A stretch of DNA of 40,103 nt from Jimgerdemannia flammicorona (GCA_003990765.1 RBNJ01000127.1:1-40103); one strand, 5' to 3'; shown: positions 1-12,500, counted from the first letter of the stretch. Program-made: numbers and translations. The notes: generated by a model not told the origin, from the sequence alone.

Positions 1-110
1 AAAAAAAAAAAATAATGTTCCCGACCGACGATATGATCATTTACCGGATGGCGAAACCTTAGGGACCCTTCACGACAGTTACTTGGAATAACATATCTGA
101 CTATATTTAC

Positions 111-357
111 CCTTCAATCGAGCAATCTCGTTCATAATTTTCGTTACAGGCCCACCTAGTAAGTTATACGGAGGTTTCAATAGGGTACTTTCGGTGAGTA
201 AAATGAGGGTGGCTCCGTCTGTTTCCTGATCACGCAAGAGCGCTATATGGTCGGGGTTCAATCGGAGAGCAGGGTGTTGAAGGTGCTCAAAGACTCTGTG
301 TTCATCCCAGGTCTTGATTTCGTCGAGCGAGGGGGTTGGAAGTTTGGAGGAGAACAT
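111..357 (-). CDS. First exon of a SAM-like-domain protein (CRN-type N-terminal header); gene continues toward/off the left edge
   Basis: ORF MFSSKLPTPSLDEIKTWDEHRVFEHL...LLRDQETDGATLILLTESTLLKPPYNLLGGPVTKIMNEIARLK fits the SAM pattern W....V..L, l..qeiDG..Ll.Lt...L, l.gGp..ki...i..L; GTAAAT donor at 110-105. Confidence 0.7.
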
Positions 358-621
358 TGCGACGGAGGTAGAGTTGTACTGCGGAACTGTATTTGGTCTA
401 AACCCGAAATCTCTCAGTGAGAACGGTATCGGTCGGAGCTTTAAGCAGGAAACAAAACCAAATTCATGGTAGCAAATTATAAACGAGGCTCCCGGAGTTT
501 TCTGTTTGTTTATTTAGGCTCCGAAATAACATGCGGACCCTGAATTAGCTCGCAACAAAACGAGAACAGAATATGACAGGGCTGTGGCGCATCACATCGG
601 GTCGGTATCCGATAACTGGTT

Positions 622-1442
622 CGTTTTTCGAAATGAGGCATGGGGTCAATGTCATGACTCCGATGATTCCATAGAACCAGCCATCAGACAGTGGCGGAAG
701 GTCCATCTGACTGTCCGGATCTTGTTAGTATACAGAAGAACAATTTGGAATTAAGTCTTTTTTTTTTTTTTTTTTTTTTTTTTGGTGATGGTGGCGCGTT
801 GACGGCTGCGGCGGTATACCATGTAAGGTCCTTGTTGATATTAATAGGTCCCGAGATGCAGCGACGCTTTCCCGGACGTCTAGACGGGTGTGAGCGCTGC
901 GGCTGGTACAACAGTCTGGTTCTCGTTTGGATGGGATCTTCCCCAATAAGCTTGAATCTGAACGCACTTCGTTGACATTCTCGTTTTTCCGGCCGCGATT
1001 TCCGTAGGCTGCGAGTTGTTGAACGTGAATATTCTTCACCAACTGACTCGTCGGGCCTTTTGGGAACCAAAATTCGCGTCTGTCTAGTCATATTACCAAC
1101 GTATTGGCCTACACCGTGGTTTTCATTCGAGGAGGTGGTATGAGTACTGAGCGACGCACTTGCTATCTCGGCAGTCTGGCGATCTGATGAATCAACCTGA
1201 TCAACAATGTCTAAATAAGAGATCAGCGTCATAAGCGCTGCGGTGTCGTTATCTGATCAATGGCTTTTACGGAAGGGGCTCGGCAACCAAAATCAAAGGC
1301 GGTGGTATTCCCGAAGCATATGCGGAATATAACTTTTTACATACTCCGAAAACAAATAGCTTTTACATATGATATTATTGTTCCTATCTTGTGGGTACAG
1401 AATTGACTTCAATATTTGGAGGCCAGAACAAAATCATGCTGA
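622..1442. repeat. Segmental duplication, copy A1 (degenerate minus-strand ORF remnant)
   Basis: Aligns by eye with 2149-2863, from gtttttcgaa(a)tgag..catgactccga to caatatttggaggccagaac.aaatcatgctg; ORFs 684..1232 and 2204..2686 share YS.STTRSLRKS...KR.CQ. Confidence 0.85.
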
Positions 1443-1727
1443 CATATAAGACCACTTTTAAAAGCTGCCGCATCATTCTCTGACAAATCTTCATTGGGGA
1501 GCATAAATGACATGACGTTGGGTGAGATGGCTTAGCGTTATCCCGACAACGAAAGGTTGTTTAAGGACATACATTTCTTCTATGACAATCGGATCTGAAG
1601 AGATGACTGAGACATGATATTTAGCGTAGCCCTGTGCGTATTCTTCCCAGTTTTTCGCAAGAATATGTGAGATGTCAATCCCGTCATGGTCCATGACCAT
1701 TTTGCAGAGCCGAGCATGAGAAGCATT

Positions 1728-2100
1728 CAGTTCTCGTTTTGAAGGTTGACGAACGATCTTCCTCTTTCCTTTCCCAAATAAGATTGAGTTTGAATCTGAA
1801 CACACTCCACCACGTTGAGAAATGTTTGGCAATGCTCGTTTTGCCGGCCTCCGATTTCCGTCGGCCGCGAGTGTTTGATGTGAATATTTTCGCCGACCGA
1901 CGCGTATTTCCCTCTTCCTCATATTGCAGGATCTCTTTGCCAGTGCTTGGGCGGTCAGTAATACATAAGGCGCTGTATTTTCCGTTTCTGCAGGACGCGA
2001 ACAGCTGATAAAGGCTATGGGCGAGAACGTCTTTGCTCGGCTGTAGAACAGGATGGCTATTGTTTTTAAAATATATTTCGCGGTTTGTCGATCGCCCTTA
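1728..2100. repeat. Partial third copy of segment A plus segment B1
   Basis: 1838-1905 matches 2507-2580 (tcgttttgcc..ccgatttccgt.ggc.gcgagt...tgtgaatatttt..accgacgcgt); 1967-2100 matches 2897-3062 (ggcgctgtattttccgtt..ctgcaggacgc, ctatgggcgag.acgt..ttgctcggctgtagaa). Confidence 0.75.
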
Positions 2101-2148
2101 GGTAGAAAGTTGACGGCGTGATTGCTGCGGTTGGAGCGTCAAAACAAT

Positions 2149-3062
2149 TGTTTTTCGAATGAGACACGGGATCAATATCATGACTCCGAACCAGCCATCA
2201 TGCTTAAGAAAAGAAGATTCCAGAGGACAGTGGAGGAAGCTCCATATGACTCTCCGGATCTTGTTTAGTATCCAGAAAACCCATTTGGAATTGTGCGGAA
2301 AATATCTTTTTTGGTTTTATGGCGCGTTGACGGCCGTGGTGCAAGGACCGTGTTGATGGTAAAGTTATTAATAGGTCCCGAGATGCAGTGACGCTTTCCC
2401 GGACGTCTAGACGGGCGTGAGTGCTGCGGCCGGTACGACAGTCTAGTTCTCGTTTGGAAGGCCGACGAACCAATAAGGCTGGCTGAATCTCACCCTGTTG
2501 ACAATTTCGTTTTGCCAGCCCCGATTTCCGTAGGCTGCGAGTTGTTGAATGTGAATATTTTTCACTAACCGACGCGTCGAGCCCATGGCCTTTTGCTTTT
2601 TGGGAGTCAAAATTCGCGTCTATCCCCAGCGCACTGTGGTTTTCTTTCGAGGAGTGTGCCGCCACTAAATAAGAGATCGGCGTCATAAGCGCTGCGGAAA
2701 CTTGTTGCGGAGTTATCTTATCAATGGCTTGAAGCTATTATGTCAAAATCAAAGTGGTGGTATTCCCTAAACCTATGTGTAATATAGCTTTTTACACATT
2801 CCCAAAAAGAAATACTTTAGAGAAATTGACTACAATATTTGGAGGCCAGAACCAAATCATGCTGTTAGCAGTCCGTAGTATATAGTATATACGTACGGCG
2901 CTGTATTTTCCGTTCTGCAGGACGCACCAATCTAGGACTACCAGGCTGGTAATAGGCATGGGAATGGCTAACAGAGACTATGGGCGAGGACGTTGTTGCT
3001 CGGCTGTAGAATGGAATGGCCATTGTTTTAGACCATATTTTCGCGGCTTATCGATGACCTTC
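2149..3062. repeat. Segmental duplication, copy A2 + B2
   Basis: Direct-repeat partner of 622-1442 and 1967-2100. Confidence 0.85.
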
Positions 3063-4107
3063 GTTGTCGTCGACACAGCAAAACCTTTTGAGCCACCCGG
3101 CAAAATTGCCAGCGCAAAAAACTTCTCCCATCGTCAGGGGCTAGCAGTTTTTCAAAACGTCGATACAGTTTGCTCGATATCTGCAGCGGCGACATCTTGC
3201 ACGGCTGGATACCCTGCCATTGGCAAAGGGCTTTGGGTCAGCGTCAGAGCCAGTCGTTTTGGGTTCGTCGGCGTAGTTCCAACTGTCCTAGTTGAAAGGC
3301 CTCGAGAGTACTGATTGATAGCTCGTGCTCGTACCGTCTTTACTCGACTCGTTATCCAAACCCCATGGCTTCGTAAGCGCTTCGGACGATTTGGTACCAT
3401 CTTTGAAAAGAAATTGCACACCCCCCTTGGCCTACCGTCCATTTAAACATGACGCGAGAGAGAACATAGTGGATTTGCCGAGGGACACCAGGCGTGGCTT
3501 CATCAGGCGTGGCCTGGGTGATCTCCAGAATTTTGTGAGCCAAGGCATTTCGACGGACTCTGATAAAAACCTAAACCAGCGGGCGTGATCTTGAGAGGCT
3601 CTTTAGCCTGGCGACAGTGCTCTTCGTGGTCCATGTGATTCTCTCACTTTATATCTGCCCGAAAATTCGTGGCCTAATGACCCATCATCGGGAAAGAGGG
3701 CTGAGTGCGGATTAATCCCAAGGGGTGTCAAATTCGTAGTGCGACATGTATAACATTGCACATATGTGCCCCGTATGCGAGAAACACAATCAAATGATGG
3801 TAGAGAGTTTTCACTATCCTGTTTGTTTGTTTAGATGACGTTTAGTGACATGCTACATCAGGTCAATACGCATCAGCGTCAAACTAGATTCTAATTATGA
3901 TTGATCAGTTGGTGGATGGTGTTAGACAAACGCCAAAGAGTTATTTTTTGAAAATGAAACAAAGAGTAATGTCCAAATACCGTCTGGTATTGGTCACGTT
4001 GGTTAAAAGGTTGGACCACAAGGGAGGAAACAATACAAGCTTTTTGGTTATAATTTTTTTATCACAAATTATGCGTCGTCAGTTCAATACTCACACAACA
4101 CTTCGCC

Positions 4108-5100
4108 TTAATACTCCACCAGGCTTCCAATACTCAATTCCTCCGCCCTCCCGAGGCAATCGCACAATCCTGCACACTAATCCCAACGCTCTTAAAGATT
4201 GTCACATCCTCCTCTTCCTCCCTCACCCCTCTACCACCCTCTCAACGATCCCGCCCTCTGCATTCACCAATCTCCCAATCTCGATCCACCCGTCAGCATG
4301 CGTCCTCCTCCCTTCATTCACTTCACGCATAAATCCCTTGCCTCTAACTTGCACGCCTCCATCGAATCAACCACAACCATCCGCGCCTTCCCAACCGTCA
4401 CTTGGTCCACCTCCTCTGTATGAACCAACCGCAATTCAGATGCGCACCAGGTTTTACGTCCGCACCGTTGAAAAGCGGGGTCGACGTGTTGGTGCACGTG
4501 CAGATAATGTCCGTCTGGCGAACGGCGGAGGCGATGTACGCGCTGCCGGACCCCGCGATTGTGCGAAGGGATGCAGAGCGCAGAGCTCCAATACCACGAC
4601 CATCGGTGCGGTTCCAGATCGTCACGTGTGTGAGCGTGGGGCGGATCGCGAGGATTGGGTCGATATGTGAGCGCCAGAGCCGAAGATCAGGAGTTACGTC
4701 GAGGTCGGTGGAGGGTTGCGAGGGCGGAGCCTGGAGTGAAATAGAGCACGGTAGGGAAAGTGGGTTGTGAGGTCAGTATCACAGTATAATAATTGATCTC
4801 GCCAGTGTAATGTCAATCATGTTTTAGTTGAGCTCAAGCTCACCCGCCGCCGTCCTCGCCGCCGTCAACGCTCTGGCGTTTACTTCGTCAATTTCCTTGT
4901 CAATGACCAACGTCGTGGCCTGTATACCCTTTGTCTGGCATTTGGTCGGTACACTGACGACCTTCCCACGCCCTGCAGGCTCGACGGCATAAACGGTACT
5001 TTGTGGGCGTCCGTCTTCATGGTCGTCCGGTGCGGGACCTGGGCGGTCCCAGGACGTTGCTAAAGGTGTGGAAGCATTGGTGGCGGGTTCAGCGAAGACA
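4108..5100 (-). pseudogene. Ornithine cyclodeaminase / mu-crystallin family pseudogene, copy 1
   Basis: Motifs in order across frameshifts: QVPHRTTMKTDAHKVPFMPS, KVVSVP..KGIQATTLVID, ALTAARTAAG|intron (GTGAGC..CCAG)|SALAT, LIFGSGAH, VTIWNRT, DIICTCTNTSTPLFNGADVKPGAHLNC, VVDSMEACKLEA, DVTIFKSVGISVQDCAIA, stop at 4108-4110. Confidence 0.85.
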
Positions 5101-5517
5101 TGTATATAAATGAGGGCGTGTGAATTCTGGCATAATCGGACCTGTTTATCCATCTAAAAGACTTGACTTTGAATATGTGCTGTGAATGGAATTTAACAAG
5201 ATGAACAGGAACCGTAGGGTCAGCGCGAAGCCTTGGCAGCCAAGCTACACTCAGACGGTAGGTCTTCTTTGCTCCCGGTTCGGTACTGCGATGAAGTCTA
5301 GGTAACTGCAGGTTCCGAAATACTTCAATGTTCACCATAGCTTTAACGCGATGAAAAATAAATCATTTGCTAGTATGCCTGTATAGCATAAAAATAAAAG
5401 GTAGCGCAAGTCTAATTTGAACAAATAATTGTCATTATGATATATATATACGCTAAAAGCAGTTGAGCATGTATATAATTACAACTCGTTAATTCCTGCC
5501 GAACGATTGGCCCGTAA

Positions 5518-5915
5518 GTGAAGAACCGAAAACGCTGGGGTAGCTTCATGGTCCTTCCCAAACTCAGAGCCGGAGAGGCTGGTGACCGCCAAAGCAAAGA
5601 GTCCCACAGAAAGTAAGAATCGAAAGGAGATGTTGAAGAACCTCAAATCTGTGGAGCGCAGCGCCTGCGACCGCCTAAACTGGGGAACCTTCTGGGACTT
5701 CGTCGAGGAGCAATTTGACCAGGCGGAGGAGTTCGAAGTGAGAATCACATCATTACAAAGGCAAATCCCTCAGTCTATTGGCCTTCGAACGACCCCGAAA
5801 TGCTCTTGATTCGCTTTCAGCTCCAATTCCACGACTTCGAATAGATACTTTGTATATATCCCACGCTATATCTTTCTGATATTTCCTATATGTTACAAGT
5901 GCAGGGTCATTGACT
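5518..5915 (+). pseudogene. 5'-truncated, internally deleted copy of the 8990-9508 orphan gene including its 3' UTR
   Basis: KNRKEMLKNLKSVERSACDRLNWGTFWDFVEEQFDQAEEFE ... IRFQLQFHDFE* nearly identical to the 8990-9380 minus-strand sequence; homology continues past the stop codon. Confidence 0.8.
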
Positions 5916-6789
5916 ATGAGTCGGAAGGTGGTCTGATAAAGTGCACATTTCCAAAATCAGTTGGAGCGCATCCAATGAAAAACAAGCGTGCAAAAACACG
6001 TGTATGACATTACCGAAGCGATCTCGTCCCGTTCGAACACTAGTCCTTATTGGTAAAGTTGATCTAGGTTCTCAACTGACGGGTGCGATGACGACCGACT
6101 CTTCTTTCACCTTTGCGAACTATGTAACGATAAAATAGAGCTGGATAAAGCATTATGACATGGGAAATAAAAGTGCTCTCGAATATCAGCCGTTGACATC
6201 TCCCTATAGTCAAAAGAATCGCCATCCAGTTCAAGTCCTTCCCCTCAGCGGACAGTTCATCTTTACAATCTAACAGTAAGTGCGCGACGAAGTGTTTATG
6301 CAGTGATAACTCCAAAATAAATAGGAAAATGAAACAAACATTATGATTATTGGCCAACGGCGCAGTCGTGAAACAAAAGAACGAATCAACTGTGCATGTA
6401 TAAAATTACATTCACGTCAACAACTGGCCCAATGTGCATTATAATGACCTTCGCCATTTGCTGGTATGCGTACATGTAACACGTCAATGGAATCGCTAGT
6501 CGTGATATTCGAGAGCTCTAGTATGCCGGCATTCAATTGCAAAGTCTACACTTACCAAACAAACAAACAATAAACAAAAAAAAAAAAAAGCAGAATACCA
6601 TAGATCGCCCTCACATAGTTTTCTACACCCATCCATAGCTCACCACAAACATTCATCACAAACCATTCACCACAGGCCTACTCCACCAACCCACACTACA
6701 CCCACACGCTCCGGCTGTGCCTAAATGAAGCCATCATCCTCGCCGACGACCTCCACCCTCAAGGCACCGTTGTCCTCGACCTCGTCGTC

Positions 6790-7480
6790 ATGCGTCATTC
6801 ACTTCACGCATAAATTCCCCTGCCTCTAACTTGCACGCCTCCACCGAATCAACCACAACTATCCGCCCTTCCCAACCGTCATTTGGTCCACCTCCATGCG
6901 TGTACGAACCAACGCAATTCGGATGTGCACCAGGGTTTACGTCCGCGCCGTTGAAGAGCGGGGTCGAGGTATTGGTGCACGTGCAGATAATGTCCGCCTG
7001 GCAAACGGCGGGGGCGATGTACGCGCTGCCGGGCCCGACGATTGTGCGAAAGGTAACTGAAGGATGCAGAGCGCGGAGCCCCGATACCATAGAGTCGAGA
7101 CGACCAGCAGAACGGCTCCAGATCGTCACGTGGGGCGGATCGCGAGGATTCGGTCGATATGTGAGCGCCAGAGCCGAAGGTCATGAGGTGCGTCGAGAGG
7201 TGGAAGTTGCGAGGGCGGAGCCTGGAGTGAAATGGAGTCACAGTATTATAATTGATCTCGCCAGCGTAATGTCAATCATGTGGTTTTTAGTTGAGCTCAA
7301 GCTCACCCGCCGCGATCTTCACCGTCGTCAACGCTCCAGCGTTAACAACGGCCTTCACCTCGCCGGTTTCCTCGCCAATGACCAACGTCGTAGCCGGTAT
7401 ACCCTTTGTCTGGCCTTTGGTCGATACGCTGACGACCTTGGTGGATGTTCCCACTGAAACTCCAATCGGGCCAAAACGTT
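6790..7480 (-). pseudogene. Ornithine cyclodeaminase / mu-crystallin family pseudogene, copy 2 (truncated at both ends)
   Basis: KVVSVS.KGQTKGIPATTLVIGEETGEVKAVVNAGALT..IAAG, same intron as copy 1, ADIICTCTNTSTPLFNGADVNPGAHPNCVGSYT, VVVDSVEACKLEAGE; aligns with 4300-4965. Confidence 0.85.
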
Positions 7481-7573
7481 TTGGTCAAGGCACATGACAT
7501 GACATGTGATTGTATATAACATATAGACTTTGAACCCGAAAAATGGCCAACCCGACTTGACTCAACCCGTCGA

Positions 7574-7816
7574 AATTTAAATCAAACGAAAACATGTCCA
7601 ATTTTGATGTATATACTTTAGTTTGTTGGATTTGCAAATCCAGCACAATAAAGAGGACACGTTTTGGTCGAGTAACAGAATTTCAAAATTTCCAATTTTG
7701 ATGTATATATATACTTGTTGGATTTGCCTCATTTAGAAAAATCCAGCACAACAAAGATCATAAAATTTGGACATGTTTTCGTTGAGTAACTGAATTTCAA
7801 CGTTTGATTTAAATTT
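7574..7816. repeat. Compound repeat: ~100-bp tandem duplication with inverted ends (foldback/MITE-like)
   Basis: ccaattttgatgtatata..ttgttggatttgc..aaatccagcacaa.aaaga occurs at ~7598 and ~7692; atttaaatcaaacgaaaacatgtcca (7575) is inverted relative to tggacatgttttcgtt..cgtttgatttaaat (7768-7814). Confidence 0.65.
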
Positions 7817-7866
7817 TGAGCGTAAAGCTCCAAATGACCTGAATCATTTATGATCATGTGCCTGGA

Positions 7867-8023
7867 CCGAAGATTTCGGAACCAAAGATTTCGGGTTGAG
7901 ACCAGTTGGGAAGATTTCGGGTTGGGACCAAAGATTTCGGGTTGGGACCAAAGATTTCGGGTTGGGACCAAAGATTTCGGGTTGGGGCCACACGGAACCA
8001 AACAAAGATTTCGGGTTGGGACC
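7867..8023. repeat. Minisatellite, 20-bp unit accaaagatttcgggttggg (three perfect tandem units plus degenerate flanking units)
   Basis: Exact 20-bp periodicity over 7911-7986; partial units at 7867-7900 and 8003-8023. Confidence 0.95.
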
Positions 8024-8989
8024 CACGTCCTGCAGGCTCCGACCTTGCATGACTTTTGAAAACTCCCCGGAAAGGAATTATAGTATAAAAGGAGCCTCAA
8101 TGTAGTGAATACAACTTCCCAGAAATAGAATCCAGCCCCTGATTAATGGTTAATTCGTCGATAGAGTAACCCGTGTTAAAGCCATTAGGCACAGTCTTGA
8201 TGTGTTCCAAATACTCAAATATAAATAGTGGTCACGTCACGTAATATGCCTTCACGCTTATCTCTCTCACCGAAACTCGTTGACTATCTCGCCTAGTTTC
8301 CCGCCGAAAAGTTCATCAATATGTGAGCATTTGTCGAAACTCCTACGCACCAAACAACCGAATGGTACCAGATCGCGCACAAGTCCACAACCCTGCTCTG
8401 GCAGCTCGTCACGAGGGTGCTACCATGGAATATCGCGTCCATAACTGTCGCGAAGAACCCAAATCGATCGGGTGTTGGTGTGATTGGAAGAGTGCGGTCA
8501 TTCCGTTTCGGCGCGGACCATGTGGTAATTAAGATAAATGAAAATAAATAAGACTAAAATGATGAAGAAGCTGTACTCGGGCCCCTATAGACCCAACCAA
8601 TCACGAGGCCGCGCATTCATTCTGTAGCTTAGTAGAGATTTCATTTGTCACAGTCACAATTATCGTGATCATCATTTGTCATATGTTGTTATATACTGAT
8701 AGAATGATACATGACATCCAGAGGAGGACATGAGGAAAAAGGAGGACGAAGGCCGCCCCGTACTCTCGTACTATGCAGATTACGAATGCTTCTGGAGTTG
8801 CGTGTCGACATATCTTTATTTCTGTTAACAAAACTACAAATTGTGAACGAAAATTCTGGTTTTACATATTCTTGGCATATGACATTTTCATAGAGGCATA
8901 AAGATTCATGGTGCTTGCACCTGTTACATATAAGAAATACATATCAGAAGACATAAGGGAAGATATAGCGCGGGATATATACAAAATAT

Positions 8990-9508
8990 CTATTCGAAGT
9001 CATGGAATTGGAGCTGAAAGCGAATCAAACGCATTCCGGGATCGTTCGAAGGCCAATAGATTGAGGGGTTTGCCTTTGTGATGATGTGATCCACACTGAG
9101 ACGGCCCCTATTAACCTTTGTCGCGAGCTCTAACTTGAATCTTTCGAACTCCTCCGCCTGGTCAAATCGCTCCTCGACGAATTTCCAGAAGGTTCCCCAG
9201 TTCAGGCGGTCGCAGGCGCTGCGCTCCACGGATTTGAGGTTCTTCAACACCTCCTTTCGGTTCTTACTGTCCGTGAGGTTCTTTGCTTTGGCGGCCACCA
9301 GCCTCTCCGGCTCTGAATTTGGGAATCGCAAGTCAAGGACCACGAAGTTGCCCCAGCGTTTTCGGTTCTTCACCAGGACCTGATCGTGGAACATCTGGAT
9401 GAAGCGCACTATGAACACTCCGTACACCTCCATCATAGGGCTGGGGCGGGATACTGGTGCGCGGGACCACAGTTTTGAGGGATGACGACGAGAGGATATG
9501 TTGCCCAT
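8990..9508 (-). CDS. Hypothetical protein (~172 aa) with N-myristoylation-like start MGNISS
   Basis: Intact ORF; ATG at 9508-9506 with TATATAAA ~60 bp upstream on the minus strand; a second degenerate copy at 5518-5843 conserves the frame. Confidence 0.5.
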   Translation of the reverse strand: MGNISSRRHPSKLWSRAPVSRPSPMMEVYGVFIVRFIQMFHDQVLVKNRKRWGNFVVLDLRFPNSEPERLVAAKAKNLTDSKNRKEVLKNLKSVERSACDRLNWGTFWKFVEERFDQAEEFERFKLELATKVNRGRLSVDHIITKANPSIYWPSNDPGMRLIRFQLQFHDFE

Positions 9509-12500
9509 GTTGGGGAGAGTGTGTTGGGCTAAGGGGTAAAATTTAGGACAATGTGTATAGAGTTTATATAAGTGTGTTGCCGTCCATCTCGGACCATCAC
9601 TGAATCCGGAAAGATAAAATAGAACCATGAGGTCAAGGAGAACTGAGTTCACTTCATTACCTACATTCGGATTTACATCGCATTACGGTAACCCCTCGAC
9701 GGTTTTTATAGCGTTAGTCACGTCAATCCCTTAAGTCGCACCTTAGTCCTGTGCGCCGGAAGGGCTTCGGCAACGACCTCCCGTACGAGGGTGGCAGCTC
9801 ACGCTCGCGATAATCTCATCAAGCTTCTGCTTCCTGCTGGCGACGCGTTGGGCAGCTTGCAATGTGTCTCATCGCCGGGCTATATGCAACCTCGACCTTG
9901 TATCGCGATTAACGACGAAGGATTCGAATCACGGGTCGGATAGTTAGCGAGAGAAGATGCGGCGCTTCATCAGATAGAGAAAGCCGTGATGCTCAGTGGT
10001 GTGGTGCTTAGTGCGGGTGGTGATGGTGAATTCGAGGGTACAGGAAGGTTTCGAATGAGTCGAGCCGGCGGTTAGCGTCGACATGGGGTCGAGGTAGGTG
10101 ACGATGGTGCGGCCACGGGATTCGGCGTTCTTGTAGGATGTGCGGTTGAGGAGGGGCCATTGTACTGGTGGTAGCGTTGGTTTGAATTCGGGAGAGAGGT
10201 TGTTTTTTGTTGTGAGAAAGGAGTGCAGGGTACTTATAGAGTACGCAAATTTGGGGGGCTTGGCTTTGATCAAAACATCAAACCTTGTCTCAGGAAGAGT
10301 ATGTAGTGGTCTATGTGGAGGAATCCAAGACGGCCTTGCGTGGGATGACTCAGTTAGACAAGAAATCCCGTATAATGGATCCCTTGGATTGTAATAAAGG
10401 GCAGTCTTGAAATATCAATATCTGCAAATGATAGGTTGCTTTTTAGGCTCCCCTGGTGGCTTCACTTAGTGAATACATTAGCCAGAGGGTACTATGATAG
10501 GGGAAGTCTTATAACCGATTTTTACGGTAGCATCATTCATCAGTCTCTGCAAGAGCATCTTTTATTTCTTCTCAAGGCCAACAGCATTGGTTGTTTGTAC
10601 TCTGTTCTGTCATTCTGGTGTTACGGTCCTGGGGTTGTGGTCATGCGAGTCACGAAAATGAACGCATCGGGCTTGTGTGACCGATCGGAAGGTCAATCAA
10701 GGGTGCTAGGGTATCGTCAGGGCTCGCGCACGTTTGCTGGCCCGAGCCATCGCCATCTGCATCGTGCATTTAAGAATAGAGCAGAGAGCATTACCAATTC
10801 TCCCACAAACACAAATACCGTTTGCCGCACCCACCAAGATATAATGTGTTATGTAATCACTGGGAATGTTGAAAAAAAAAAAAAAAAAAAAAAAAAACTT
10901 GCAAAAGGCTCGATCCCTTCACGCCCCGAGACCGCTATCGCACGAACTCCAATCGTATTTCAGAGTTCCAAGAGTAGATGTATTCGATGTACAATGAATA
11001 CCAAGTATGATAATGGAGGCCTACATTGAAGAACGGAGGATAATTATATGTAAGTGGATCCCGCCGTTGGAGGGAGGTGGAATGTACAAAAAAAGAAAGA
11101 AAAAAAAAAGCTCGGTATTTCGAAGTCGGAAAAAAAAGTTACTTTTCATATGCTACTGTACATATCCATAAAAATATAATTGGTACGTTGGTATGTCAAC
11201 CAGTCGCGCACCCTACTGTGCTGATGCATTTTAGCTTTCCACAAAGATTGTACAAACATTTACAATTTCATTACAATAACAACTACTCGAAGGAGTACCT
11301 TCGCAATGTTCGATTGCGAAAGAAAGAGTGACAGTGTGTCGCTTTTTGCAGCGTTCGCCAACAGCTAAAGTCCCGATGAGAGGAAAAATCGGGACCGGAC
11401 GGGTGAGCGAAGAGTGAAATCGTCCAGCTCGCCTGTCGGCGATAGCCAATATACCTACTTTGATTCACAATGCCCTCGAAACTCTCTTGGGATCATAGGA
11501 CCGAAAAGAAGAACGTGCGAGTTCGTAACCACCACATCCTGTTGATGCCTCTCTTTCCTACGCGCGTTATAGCAAACAGTTTTTCGGCTACAACGTTTCT
11601 CTCTTTTTTTTATTGTGAAGTCAGCAAGAATGTTTAGCTTGGAACACGAGTAATGCCATCAAGAAAACGACGTTTGGAAAATAGCTCATTCATCCGAAGA
11701 CAGATATTCTTCTCATTAGCAAACAGAGAATTGTCTGATCAGTCTTTTTTTTTTTAACACCTTCAGGTTATTCGGGTGCCATTCATTCATACATCGGCTT
11801 TCATCTTTTATCTGCCTTCATGTATATACCGTCCGTCTTAATAGGCCGTCACAATCCTTGTGGTGAGGGTATATACTCGCCTTCGTATCTATCCGCTTGC
11901 CATAGTCATATCCATCCCTTCGTGCACCCATTTCCTTACGATCACGTCAATGCTTGTATGTACACAAACAACACTGATGCATCCTGAGCTATATGTATAA
12001 TTCAAAGGGTGTGTATTATATTCGCTTAGCGTCGTTTTTTTTTTTTTAATGCCTCGTGTGTTACCACGCTACGATAGCCATGCGCTCGGCCGCTCGACCG
12101 CGGCCGTGCCGGGTAAATCAATGGAAGCATATTTCAACGTGAGATTGGTGAGAGAGTTACATCGCTCTGAAAACGGCGCGGACTATTTAGAGGGACATCC
12201 ATAATTACAAGCCGCATAAATCGGACATCTAAAACACTTGACTTTGAATACCCGCTGACAAACAAGCTGTTCCGAACGCATAATGATCTTTTATTTGACA
12301 CCTAGATTGTTACTTTTCTGCCGTCATAAAGGTATGGTCGCTTTTGGTCACACTCATCGGGACGAGTACGGAGCATTAAACAGACTATGATTGCAAAACA
12401 ACAAAAGCGCAAAATTATAAAGATCGGGTCCTCGAATAGCAGGTCACTGTTAAAATTAAGCTTATGTCATCGATTTCTACACTTTTCACCGAGAAACCAT

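Noticed and set aside
3897-4770. Plus-strand ORFs 3897..4670, 4402..4770 and 6831..7457 as genes
   Set aside because: They are antisense shadows of the minus-strand ornithine cyclodeaminase pseudogenes.
7867-8023. CRISPR-like array or telomeric repeat
   Set aside because: Units are head-to-tail with no unique spacers, the context is eukaryotic with no cas genes, and the array is short and internal.
7729-8105. Repetitive ORFs on both strands
   Set aside because: Artefacts of the 20-bp minisatellite.
9944-10273. Coding-like minus-strand fragment
   Set aside because: Codon-like composition but no family recognised, no clear start, and interrupted; not supportable as a feature.
10436-11468. 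ORFs of 197, 84, 72 and 61 aa
   Set aside because: They run through poly(A) tracts, have no recognisable motifs and look like intergenic sequence.
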